IMG/VR virus record: IMGVR_UViG_3300011226_000001
Coordinates: 160,001-224,000 of that record
Source: a virus
Taxonomy: Duplodnaviria; Caudoviricetes
Strand: one strand, 5' to 3'
Length of the DNA: 64,000 nucleotides
Within the stretch, counting starts at the first letter, position 1. The number at the start of each line of letters is the position of its first letter. A program made the position numbers and the translations under genes. The notes beneath the pieces were generated by a model, which was given only the letters and a program-made list of their open reading frames with translations, made no database searches and was not told where the DNA came from. Below are positions 56,300 to 64,000 of this stretch, one piece after another.

Positions 56300-56974
56300 A
56301 TGCTTATTCTACTGAGCGAGAGCGCACGTAAACTGCCGGACGTGTCTATTCAAGATTGCGACTGGTATCGCTTCGAAGGTAAGCGCAAGGTAAGCATTGA
56401 GAACAAGGAGCATGAAGCTGATATCGAGGAGAAAGATGTTTTCGGTATCAAGGCTGCAAAGCGCAACAAGTTCTATGTGCTGCATAAGGATGATCCGTCA
56501 GTAGTGTTTGAAGTCGATGCTGCTACAGCACGTTCGTTGCTTGGCCGCAGTCGTCCGTTCACTGGTACTGTGTCCGGCATTCGCGTTAAGAAAGCGACTG
56601 ATAAAAATACCTCTGCGCGTGAGAAACTCCCTGCTGCGCCTAAAGAACCACAACCGAAGAAACCGTTCAAGGCTGTTCCCGGCTCTAAAGCAGAGAACAC
56701 TAAGCTGACTCAAGAACTGCGTAAGACCAAGTTTAAGAACGCTGGTCGTATTGAGTTCCTTGCTCGAATCCCAATGCCAACAGGCGGCACGTATAACTAC
56801 TACGATGCGTCTGAAACGTTTGACGGCTACAAGGCCAATCAGCGTGAGAAGTGGGAAACGGATTACGAGAAAGCTGTAGTCAAGCAAATTGAAAACGGTG
56901 GCTATCTGGTTGGCGCTACGTTCCTCAAGTTCGACGATGCTGTTAGACCTGTGCTTGTTATTGTAGAGGACTGA
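56300..56974 (+). CDS. Putative head protein with shared N-terminal domain
   Basis: Starts MLILLSESA; domain shared with 39340 and 47280. Confidence 0.7.
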   Translation: MLILLSESARKLPDVSIQDCDWYRFEGKRKVSIENKEHEADIEEKDVFGIKAAKRNKFYVLHKDDPSVVFEVDAATARSLLGRSRPFTGTVSGIRVKKATDKNTSAREKLPAAPKEPQPKKPFKAVPGSKAENTKLTQELRKTKFKNAGRIEFLARIPMPTGGTYNYYDASETFDGYKANQREKWETDYEKAVVKQIENGGYLVGATFLKFDDAVRPVLVIVED

Positions 56975-56976
56975 TC

Positions 56977-57489
56977 ATGCCGTTGCCAACGCTTGATGAC
57001 CTGAATGATTCTTCTGCTCCTGGCCTTGACGATCCATTCATGCAAGACAAGTGGCGTGTGCGAGAATTTCCTGTAATTGGTAATGTATCGTTAAGCCCGT
57101 TCGCGTGTGAAGAAGTTGACCTGCCATTCTCCGTCTATCAATCGAAATCAAAAGAAGTGGCTACGGTTACTATCAACTGGCCACATGGTTCGAGCGTTGA
57201 CGGATTCAGTCTGCTGTTTGGCCTTGACCAGAAGCTCGCAGTGATGAAGTATTTCACTGCATGGCAGAACTTGATTCAGAACCCGTACACTGGTGGTTTT
57301 AGATTGCCGTCCGTGTATAAGAAAAACCTTATCATTGAGCTATACGACAACCAAGGGCAAATGGTTGGCGAACAACAGCTACGCAACTGCTGGCCTATCG
57401 GTGGTCAAAGCATTACGCTTAACGGAACCGGTGGCCGTGCGATGTGGTCTGTTCAGATGGCTCTTGATGTTTCCCGTCCAATGATGTGA
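56977..57489 (+). CDS. Second tube-like protein (tube initiator, gp19/gp54 fold)
   Basis: DDPF...YFTAWQNLI...YKKNLIIELYD...LRNCWP, colinear with the tube gene. Confidence 0.65.
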   Translation: MPLPTLDDLNDSSAPGLDDPFMQDKWRVREFPVIGNVSLSPFACEEVDLPFSVYQSKSKEVATVTINWPHGSSVDGFSLLFGLDQKLAVMKYFTAWQNLIQNPYTGGFRLPSVYKKNLIIELYDNQGQMVGEQQLRNCWPIGGQSITLNGTGGRAMWSVQMALDVSRPMM

Positions 57490-57499
57490 GATAAGAACT

Positions 57500-58183
57500 A
57501 TGGAAATTCAAACAGCGAGTTTACCGTCGCGCGGTTATAAAGCGCAACTGCCTGACGTTTTTGAGATGCGTCGTTTTGCTGGTAAAGAGAACCGCGCTAT
57601 CGCTAAAGCCATTGACGCTAAGGATATGAAGTACATCCTGCTCGATGCTCTCGCTCCTTGCCTGAACATCCCGCTTGATGAACTGACTGTACCAGATGCG
57701 TTTGCACTCGTCTTTCAACAGCGTATGTGGATGAACACGGTACTGCCGCTGCGCACGTACTGGCGTTGCAATAAACCGCTGTTTGAATATTCCGATGGTA
57801 TCGTGAACGAACTGCGGCCTGACGGTGGCGTTATCAATACGTTCCCGTGTGCTGCAAACAACATTGGCGTGATTGATGAAACGTCCATGTCTATCGCAGT
57901 GCTTAACGCAGAGCATGAGCGTTTCGATCTGCCTCGTATGCGTCACTACGAACGTGCATCGGAAGATATGTTTAGCTGGCACGTAGCGCACATGGGAAGT
58001 GACTTCGACGGTAACGTTGCGCTGCTTGAAGAACAATCTGATCTGACACTCTGGCTTGAATTGTCCGAGTGGGTACGCGCTTCTCGCCACGGTCTGCTGA
58101 CCGATATCGAACTCCTGTGTCCTCATTGCCAGCGTCGTAGCACACGCGCATGGGATCTCAACCCATCGGTCTTTGTTAACTGA
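57500..58183 (+). CDS. Baseplate hub assembly protein (T4 gp26-like)
   Basis: N-terminal LPSRG, LTVPD and C-terminal CPHC. Confidence 0.55.
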   Translation: MEIQTASLPSRGYKAQLPDVFEMRRFAGKENRAIAKAIDAKDMKYILLDALAPCLNIPLDELTVPDAFALVFQQRMWMNTVLPLRTYWRCNKPLFEYSDGIVNELRPDGGVINTFPCAANNIGVIDETSMSIAVLNAEHERFDLPRMRHYERASEDMFSWHVAHMGSDFDGNVALLEEQSDLTLWLELSEWVRASRHGLLTDIELLCPHCQRRSTRAWDLNPSVFVN

Positions 58184-59025
58184 TGTTAGAGATATATCTC
58201 CCCTCAGGCAGGTCAGACGTTCGCATCATGCAGGTAACTGCCGATGCAATGTCGAGTCTGTTTAACGCACAGAAACACAAACTGCCTGAACTCTTTGTTG
58301 ATACGTTGCAGCGATTCACCAACGTTCGTATTCGTGATATGTACCTCGAAGACTTCCGTTACATGCTGGCAATGATCGACAGAAATAGTTGGCCGCAGTC
58401 GCATCGTCTTTACGAGTGGCGTTGCACACAAACGTTCTTTGTTGATATGCGCGGAGAACGTTACTACGACAGGCCAAGAGGACGTAAGTTCGTCGAAGTA
58501 GAATGCAACCTGCTTAACACCGAAGAGGTTATGCGTCAGAAGATAGTGACGCACAAGTGGCGCGACCTTCCACAAGGCTTGCGCCATCCTACCGTTCAGC
58601 GTTGGATTGATGCTGAGTTGCTTGCAGAGACAGAAGACCGTACTCAGGTAATGAATGCGATGTATATCGACAGCGATATCCCTCTCGCGCAAACTCTTGA
58701 ATACGCTTCTCCTGTTGAGTTGCTTAACGCCAGCAATTACGTGTTCGTTAGCTGCGAACTGGAAACCACCCACAAGTGCAACCGTTGCTTCCGCACGTAC
58801 ACGTACAAAAGTCCAATTGATATTCTCGGTTACTTCCGCGTGTTCTCCGATACGTCTATGATGAACATGACGCTCGACCTTGCGTCGGCTAAGAACATCT
58901 ATGTGCCGGACGATATAACGATCAACAAACTGCTTTACTGGCATAGTGCTTACGTTCACGATAAGAACAAAGCCGAAGAGCAGCGAGCGCTTGCGAAAGC
59001 AGCGCAGAAAGGTCGAAGAGGTTAA
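58183..59025 (+). CDS. Baseplate hub assembly paralog
   Basis: LPSG N-terminus, MYLED and CNRC; same layout as the upstream gene. Confidence 0.5.
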   Translation: MLEIYLPSGRSDVRIMQVTADAMSSLFNAQKHKLPELFVDTLQRFTNVRIRDMYLEDFRYMLAMIDRNSWPQSHRLYEWRCTQTFFVDMRGERYYDRPRGRKFVEVECNLLNTEEVMRQKIVTHKWRDLPQGLRHPTVQRWIDAELLAETEDRTQVMNAMYIDSDIPLAQTLEYASPVELLNASNYVFVSCELETTHKCNRCFRTYTYKSPIDILGYFRVFSDTSMMNMTLDLASAKNIYVPDDITINKLLYWHSAYVHDKNKAEEQRALAKAAQKGRRG

Positions 59026-59027
59026 TA

Positions 59028-61724
59028 ATGGCTAAGCCACAAGAGAAAGAGTTGTCCGCACTCGAACTAATGATCGAACATGCAGACAGCATTAGTCCTT
59101 CTGTTGCCGGTATGCCTAAAGCGCGACGCAAACGTAAAGCCGCTAACGATTCACCTGCGGTAGATTACGAACGCGATTACGACCCAGAACTGTACGATGA
59201 TGAAGTTGTATTTGTCGGACCTGGGTCACGCGCTAAGAACCGTGCAGCAAAAGCGTTGCGCGAGAAGATGGCCAATCAGCGTGTGCGTTATGTCAGTGAT
59301 AACGATGCACCAACTTCTCCTCGTGCTGTATCGCAGCAACCAAACCCACGTGAAGTTGAATCAGCACTTGAAGACCTGTTCATCGCAGGTGAGAAGTCTG
59401 GTGATGATATCGTTAAAGCAATCAAAGAGGGTAATGCAGTCTCAACGAAGACGCAGAAAGCCCTCGAAGATTGGCTTGAGTGGGAAAAGCGCGAAGCATT
59501 CAAAGAGAAGAACCGCGCCAAGTCAGACCCCCATGGTAATCAGCCAGGTGCCGGTGGCCCCGGAACCGGTGGTGCAAAAGATGATGGAGGACCTGATGAA
59601 GATGATAACGGCGGTCCTGATTTCGGTGATAATGGCAACAATAATCGCCGTCGTCGTACCGGTGGTCGTAATCGCCGTGGCAGACGCTACGGACGCAGTT
59701 CAGGATCACGCAGAGGTCCGGGGCGCAACCTTCCTCGACGCAGATTCCCACGATTAAGAGGCAAGGCTGGTGCGCTGTTAACTCTCGGTACTCTCGCTGC
59801 TGCTACTGCTGGTGGTTTGTGGTTGAAGAACGAATCGCAAGAGAAGTTCGAGCAAGATAATGCTGGGAACGGCGGTGCGGGTATGCCTGACAATCAGGCC
59901 GTTCCTGCTGAGGCCCCTGCTCCAGTTGCTCAACAACCCGAGATTCAACGCGCAGAAGAAGCTGCTAAGGGTGATGCACCCAAGCCTCCGTCAGAAGCAC
60001 AAGACGCTGCTGTTGCTGGTGCTTCCTTGTTGCTTGCTGGTGCTGCGAAGAAGATTCCTGTTGTAGGTCCTGCTCTTGGTAACGGTTTGTCGCTTGCGAA
60101 CGATATGCAGCACATCGACGCAGACGAAACGATGACCGACCAAGAGAAAGCGCACGAGAAGAAAAAAGCAACTGGTGGTGCTATCGGAGGAACTGCTGGT
60201 GGCACTACAGGTGCTGTTGCTGGCGCGTGGATTGGCGGTACGTTAGGTTCAGTCGTTCCTGTTGTTGGCACTGCTGCTGGTGCTGCTCTTGGTGGCTTGC
60301 TGGGTGGCATTCTGGGTGATTACTTCGGTAACTCTATCGGTGAGTATGTTGCCGATAAGATAACTGATGAAACAGACACGATGCTCGCTGACGGTGAGAA
60401 AGACCGCAAAGAGAAGATGGACGAGTACAACGACACTACCGCAGAGAACGAGAACAAAGCGAAGTTCCCTGCACCATCTGTTTCACCTTTCAGCTTCATG
60501 GGTCTGATGGGTATGGGGGGCTCTGGTGGTGGCACGTATCAAGGTCCGATGCGAGCACAACCGTCTAAGCGTTATGACAGCAAGCAAGTAACCGATATCG
60601 CTAACAAAGCAATTGCTGAGGGTGGTCTTGGTTCTGTTAGTGAGCAGTTCGAATCAGGTGGCCGTGGTGTAGGCACTGTGTCTACTGGTCGTGGTGATTA
60701 TGGTGGTGTGTCTTACGGCAAACACCAGCTTGCTACGAACAACGGCAGCATGATGAACTTCTTGAACAGCCCTGAAGGTAAACCGTTCTTGCAACGCTTT
60801 GGTGGTCTTGCTCCGGGGACCGCTCAGTTCAACTCTGTCTACAAAGACGTTGCGAGTTCTCAAGGTGCAGAGTTCGATAAAGCGCAGTCTGACTATATCA
60901 CGCGTACTCACTATGCACCTCTTGCTGCGAAGATGCAGAACGAAGTGGGTGTTGATTTGACGAAGCGTGGTGCTGGTGTCAAGGAGCTGATGTATAGTAC
61001 CGCTGTGCAGTACGGTGCAGGTACAAGCGTCATCTCTAATGCACTGCAGGGTAAAGACGTTAACTCAATGTCCGACGAAGAATTGATTAAGACAATTCAG
61101 GACTACAAGGCAGCGACCACCGACAGATACTTCAAGTCATCTGATGCTCAGACGCGACAGTCCGTTGCGATGCGAGCGCAGAACGAGAAGGATGTGTTGC
61201 TCAAAGTTGCAGAAGCAGACAGGAAGAAGAAAGCTGTAAATAACCCAGATGCGGAGCTTGACGCCAAGATCGCTAAACGTTTCCCGGACTTACCTAAGGG
61301 TAGCGGTAGCGATTACAGCAATACTCAAGTTGACGCAAACAAAGAATCATTGCCTGACTTAACAGGTCGTGGTCCGGTTACGCCTAAGTCTACTCCTGAA
61401 GAGCATGAGCGTCGTTTGAACGAACTCGTTGCTGCTGCGGCTCCTGATGTGAAACGCATTGAGCCTGTAGTGCAGCCAGAAGCTCCTGTTGAGCGTGTGC
61501 CTCTCGTAACACCTGGAGACATTGCTCGTACAGAAGTACCTGAACCTGCTGTTGCAGCACCCCCACCAACTCAAACAGCCAATCAGCCTAAAGGCGGTGC
61601 AGTATCTCGCCCAAGCTCGAAAGGTTCAAGTGGCTCTAGCCCTAGTAACTCACACTCACTCGATTCAATTCCAATCTTCATGGATGACCCGATGCTGAAT
61701 ATGATTACTATGGGTTACATGTGA
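59028..61724 (+). CDS. Tail-associated protein (tape-measure-like) with glycine zipper and peptidoglycan hydrolase domain
   Basis: GGAIGG...GAWIGG.LGS.VP.VGT glycine zipper; LGSVSEQFESGG...D.GGVSYGKHQL...STAVQYG resembles the VgrG3 C-terminal muramidase-type domain. Confidence 0.7.
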   Translation: MAKPQEKELSALELMIEHADSISPSVAGMPKARRKRKAANDSPAVDYERDYDPELYDDEVVFVGPGSRAKNRAAKALREKMANQRVRYVSDNDAPTSPRAVSQQPNPREVESALEDLFIAGEKSGDDIVKAIKEGNAVSTKTQKALEDWLEWEKREAFKEKNRAKSDPHGNQPGAGGPGTGGAKDDGGPDEDDNGGPDFGDNGNNNRRRRTGGRNRRGRRYGRSSGSRRGPGRNLPRRRFPRLRGKAGALLTLGTLAAATAGGLWLKNESQEKFEQDNAGNGGAGMPDNQAVPAEAPAPVAQQPEIQRAEEAAKGDAPKPPSEAQDAAVAGASLLLAGAAKKIPVVGPALGNGLSLANDMQHIDADETMTDQEKAHEKKKATGGAIGGTAGGTTGAVAGAWIGGTLGSVVPVVGTAAGAALGGLLGGILGDYFGNSIGEYVADKITDETDTMLADGEKDRKEKMDEYNDTTAENENKAKFPAPSVSPFSFMGLMGMGGSGGGTYQGPMRAQPSKRYDSKQVTDIANKAIAEGGLGSVSEQFESGGRGVGTVSTGRGDYGGVSYGKHQLATNNGSMMNFLNSPEGKPFLQRFGGLAPGTAQFNSVYKDVASSQGAEFDKAQSDYITRTHYAPLAAKMQNEVGVDLTKRGAGVKELMYSTAVQYGAGTSVISNALQGKDVNSMSDEELIKTIQDYKAATTDRYFKSSDAQTRQSVAMRAQNEKDVLLKVAEADRKKKAVNNPDAELDAKIAKRFPDLPKGSGSDYSNTQVDANKESLPDLTGRGPVTPKSTPEEHERRLNELVAAAAPDVKRIEPVVQPEAPVERVPLVTPGDIARTEVPEPAVAAPPPTQTANQPKGGAVSRPSSKGSSGSSPSNSHSLDSIPIFMDDPMLNMITMGYM

Positions 61725-61736
61725 TAAGGAGTTTGT

Positions 61737-62564
61737 GTGGCTAACTATCTGATGCCCGCCGATGGTGGGCAAGCCACTGCTGTTGGTGCAACACGATCCC
61801 GCGACGATGTTATCTCTGTAGACAACATGTATCGCGTCAAGATCTACAACAAAAGTGGCACAATCAAGTTCACTGGATTCATTCCACCTGACTTCTCATT
61901 TAGCCTGTCTTCTCAATGGGATGCACCGTTCGCTAACACGACACTTGCTGACCTTGCAGAGAAAGGCGGTAACGCTCTTGGCGGTATGGGCGGTAGTCCT
62001 GTGCGTGATGCTATCGGTGCTGCTGGTCGTTTCGTAGGAAACAACGCAGGTGCTGCTGATAAAGCTCTGCGCTTCGCTGGTGCAAGCTCAATGCACAAGC
62101 TGGCAAGTGCTCGCGTGTGGGGAGGACCGAGTTATCTCTCAATCGATCTGCCTATCTTCGTTGATGCTTATTCCGATACGAAGACCGAAGTTGTTGATAC
62201 GACTATCAACCTGCTGTCGCTATGTGCACCGTCAGAAAAAGGCGGTCTGCTGTTACCTCCGGGTCCTAGTCCATTGAAGTCTGTGAGCATGGAAACGCTC
62301 ACTATGGCTGCTAGTGGTCAAGGTGCTGATGCTGCTAACGCTGCAATCGGTAACATCCTGGAGGACAGTGAGGCGTTCTTCGTTGATATTGGTAATTTCT
62401 TCTCAATGAGTCCCTGCGTCATTGATAGCGTCAATGCTAACTTCGATAACGTGTGGGAAGATGGGACGGGTAACCCTATCAGCGTTGACTTCATCCTGCA
62501 GGTCAGTAGCTACTTCGCAGTAACGCGAGAGGACTTGAGAAAATGGCTGAAACAATCGCAGTGA
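61737..62564 (+). CDS. Baseplate/tail tube-associated protein
   Basis: GTG after AAGGAG; L.LCAP and IGNFF...CVIDSVNANFD...GNPIS pattern (gp48-like). Confidence 0.55.
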   Translation: MANYLMPADGGQATAVGATRSRDDVISVDNMYRVKIYNKSGTIKFTGFIPPDFSFSLSSQWDAPFANTTLADLAEKGGNALGGMGGSPVRDAIGAAGRFVGNNAGAADKALRFAGASSMHKLASARVWGGPSYLSIDLPIFVDAYSDTKTEVVDTTINLLSLCAPSEKGGLLLPPGPSPLKSVSMETLTMAASGQGADAANAAIGNILEDSEAFFVDIGNFFSMSPCVIDSVNANFDNVWEDGTGNPISVDFILQVSSYFAVTREDLRKWLKQSQ

Positions 62565-62836
62565 TTGACAAGTGGGGGATAGACCCTCTGACCATGAAAG
62601 TGTTCGACGATGTGGATAGCGCTGTCTACAGCAATCCGATTCGTATCGACGCCTCTATGGAGGGTAACCCTCAACTCTTGTCGCACAACACATACGGTAC
62701 GAACGCTAACTGGGCGTTGTTGCTTATTGCTAACGCGCTGCTGCATCCATCTGAGATGACTGCCGGTATGCTTATGGCAATCCCCATGAAGCGCCCTAGT
62801 GCCGCAATAAAACAAGTTAAGAGGACGCAAATATAA
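62543..62836 (+). CDS. Small baseplate wedge protein (LysM/gp53-like)
   Basis: LLSHNTYG...WALLLIANALLHP.EMTAGMLMAIP. Confidence 0.6.
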   Translation: MAETIAVIDKWGIDPLTMKVFDDVDSAVYSNPIRIDASMEGNPQLLSHNTYGTNANWALLLIANALLHPSEMTAGMLMAIPMKRPSAAIKQVKRTQI

Positions 62837-63255
62837 TGGCAATGGTTAACGGCAAAATCGTTGGTGCGAAAGCGAAGAAGATCAAGGACAGTTTGAAGAA
62901 GTCTAAGAAGTCCGAGAAGCTGTCTGAGAAAGACGCAGAACTCAAGCGTCCGAAAGAGAAGAAGGCCAAGAAGGAAGAGAAGCCTGTTAAGGCAAAGAAG
63001 AAGACTCGCGTAGAGACTTCTGAGCCTGAGCTGTTTCGCATTCAGATTGGACCTCATGGCTTCTTGTCTGTAGACCTCGCTGACGACGATGCCGGTAACC
63101 GTGTCGTTGAAGTGCGTAAGTGGTACAACACCAAAAACGATTCTGAAATCAAGCCCGGTCGTGGTGGATTCAACATGCAAGCGAAGTCTGCTGATCTCAA
63201 GCTGCTCGCTGCGCGTCTGAAAGCCATTGCGATTGAGCTTGACGCTGAGGGCTAA
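62836..63255 (+). CDS. PC4/p15-like ssDNA-binding protein with Lys-rich N-terminus
   Basis: VEVRKWYNTKNDSEIKPGRGGFNM resembles the PC4 signature VDIRe.Y....e.KPgkKGIsL. Confidence 0.65.
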   Translation: MAMVNGKIVGAKAKKIKDSLKKSKKSEKLSEKDAELKRPKEKKAKKEEKPVKAKKKTRVETSEPELFRIQIGPHGFLSVDLADDDAGNRVVEVRKWYNTKNDSEIKPGRGGFNMQAKSADLKLLAARLKAIAIELDAEG

Positions 63256-63257
63256 TC

Positions 63258-64000
63258 ATGTCTGACCACGCAACTTCTGGTGGCGTGAAGGATCAAGGTT
63301 ATTTTGGGCTACTGTTAGACGGCAAAGCACCGCCGTCTATGCCTAACTTGATTCGTTCTGTACACGTCTACGAAAACACCTTTGCTTTACCCTGCGCTCT
63401 GATCATATTCTCTGACCAGACGAACGTATTACGATCCACTCACGCGATTGTGGACGGCACTAAGATAACGATGGTGATGGGCCCTGATCAGGAATCAGCG
63501 TCAACGCTTACGTTCTCTGTATTCGCAGTCAGGGAGTACGGTGAAGGTGGCACACCGATGCTTAATGTGCTGTGTATTCTCGACGCACCTACCTTCATCT
63601 TCGATACCCGCAGCTTTAGCATACGCGGTACTTCTATCGACGCTCTCAAACAAGTTGCATCGTTCGGCGGACTAACGCCTGACTTCGGTGACGTGCAGAC
63701 CTCTGATATCATGAACTGGGTATCTGCTGCATCAAGCCCTAAGAAGTTCTGTCACGAAATCGAACAGCACATGTGGATATCGGAAGAAGCGCTGCCGAAG
63801 ATGTTCATCACTGCTGACAAGCGCATGGTCGTTCGTGATATAAACAAGCTATTCGAAGACGACCCGAAAGCGTATTGGCTATTCAACCACAAACCGACTG
63901 GCGATACTCCACTGTATAACTTGCATGAGTTTCGTCCCAAGTCCATGAGTGGTGTGTTCAACGGTATGTCTAACTACGGCGAGAAGCTGTTATGGACAGA
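63258..64000 (+). CDS. Probable baseplate hub protein, 3'-truncated
   Basis: Frame open from ATG 63258 (MSDHATSGG...VHVYENTFALP...) to the window end; baseplate context. Confidence 0.55.
   Translation, partial: MSDHATSGGVKDQGYFGLLLDGKAPPSMPNLIRSVHVYENTFALPCALIIFSDQTNVLRSTHAIVDGTKITMVMGPDQESASTLTFSVFAVREYGEGGTPMLNVLCILDAPTFIFDTRSFSIRGTSIDALKQVASFGGLTPDFGDVQTSDIMNWVSAASSPKKFCHEIEQHMWISEEALPKMFITADKRMVVRDINKLFEDDPKAYWLFNHKPTGDTPLYNLHEFRPKSMSGVFNGMSNYGEKLLWT

Noticed and set aside
54039-64000. Bacterial T6SS or eCIS locus
   Set aside because: Capsid, prohead protease and replication genes on the same strand indicate a phage tail module
1-64000. tRNA/rRNA genes or an alternative genetic code
   Set aside because: No cloverleaf or rRNA-like sequence seen in the short intergenic gaps; genes tile densely under the standard code with TAA, TGA and TAG all used as stops

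Overview
64 kb segment of a large (jumbo-type) myovirus genome, about 50% GC by eye, with all credible genes on the + strand. It contains: (i) a giant SNF2-family ATPase; (ii) a replication block with a family A DNA polymerase (N-terminal UDG-like domain) split by a subgroup IA2 group I intron carrying an HNH-AP2 homing endonuclease, a beta-clamp-like protein, a UvsW-like helicase, a J-domain protein and a DHH phosphoesterase; (iii) a first tail sheath gene heading a cluster of Ig-repeat/fibre genes; (iv) an NAD-dependent ligase and a GT2-TPR glycosyltransferase; (v) a head module (prohead protease, HExxH metallopeptidase, acidic scaffold, major capsid protein); (vi) a second sheath, two tube-like genes and baseplate genes. 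From memory the gene content resembles the hairy Erwinia/Dickeya jumbo phages (Y3/Alexandra/JA11-like); I could not verify this. The most notable observations are: the intron appears to end in A rather than the near-universal omega-G, with the junction fixed by P1/P10 pairing; a recurrent S-x-S motif in the scaffold, capsid, protease and several N-termini looks like a prohead-protease processing signal and would mark the SNF2 ATPase as virion cargo; a shared ~70-aa domain occurs in three putative head proteins; and two candidate promoter motifs (CTGTAAATA, TAATTTCA) track replication versus structural genes. All product calls come from motif recognition, not database searches.
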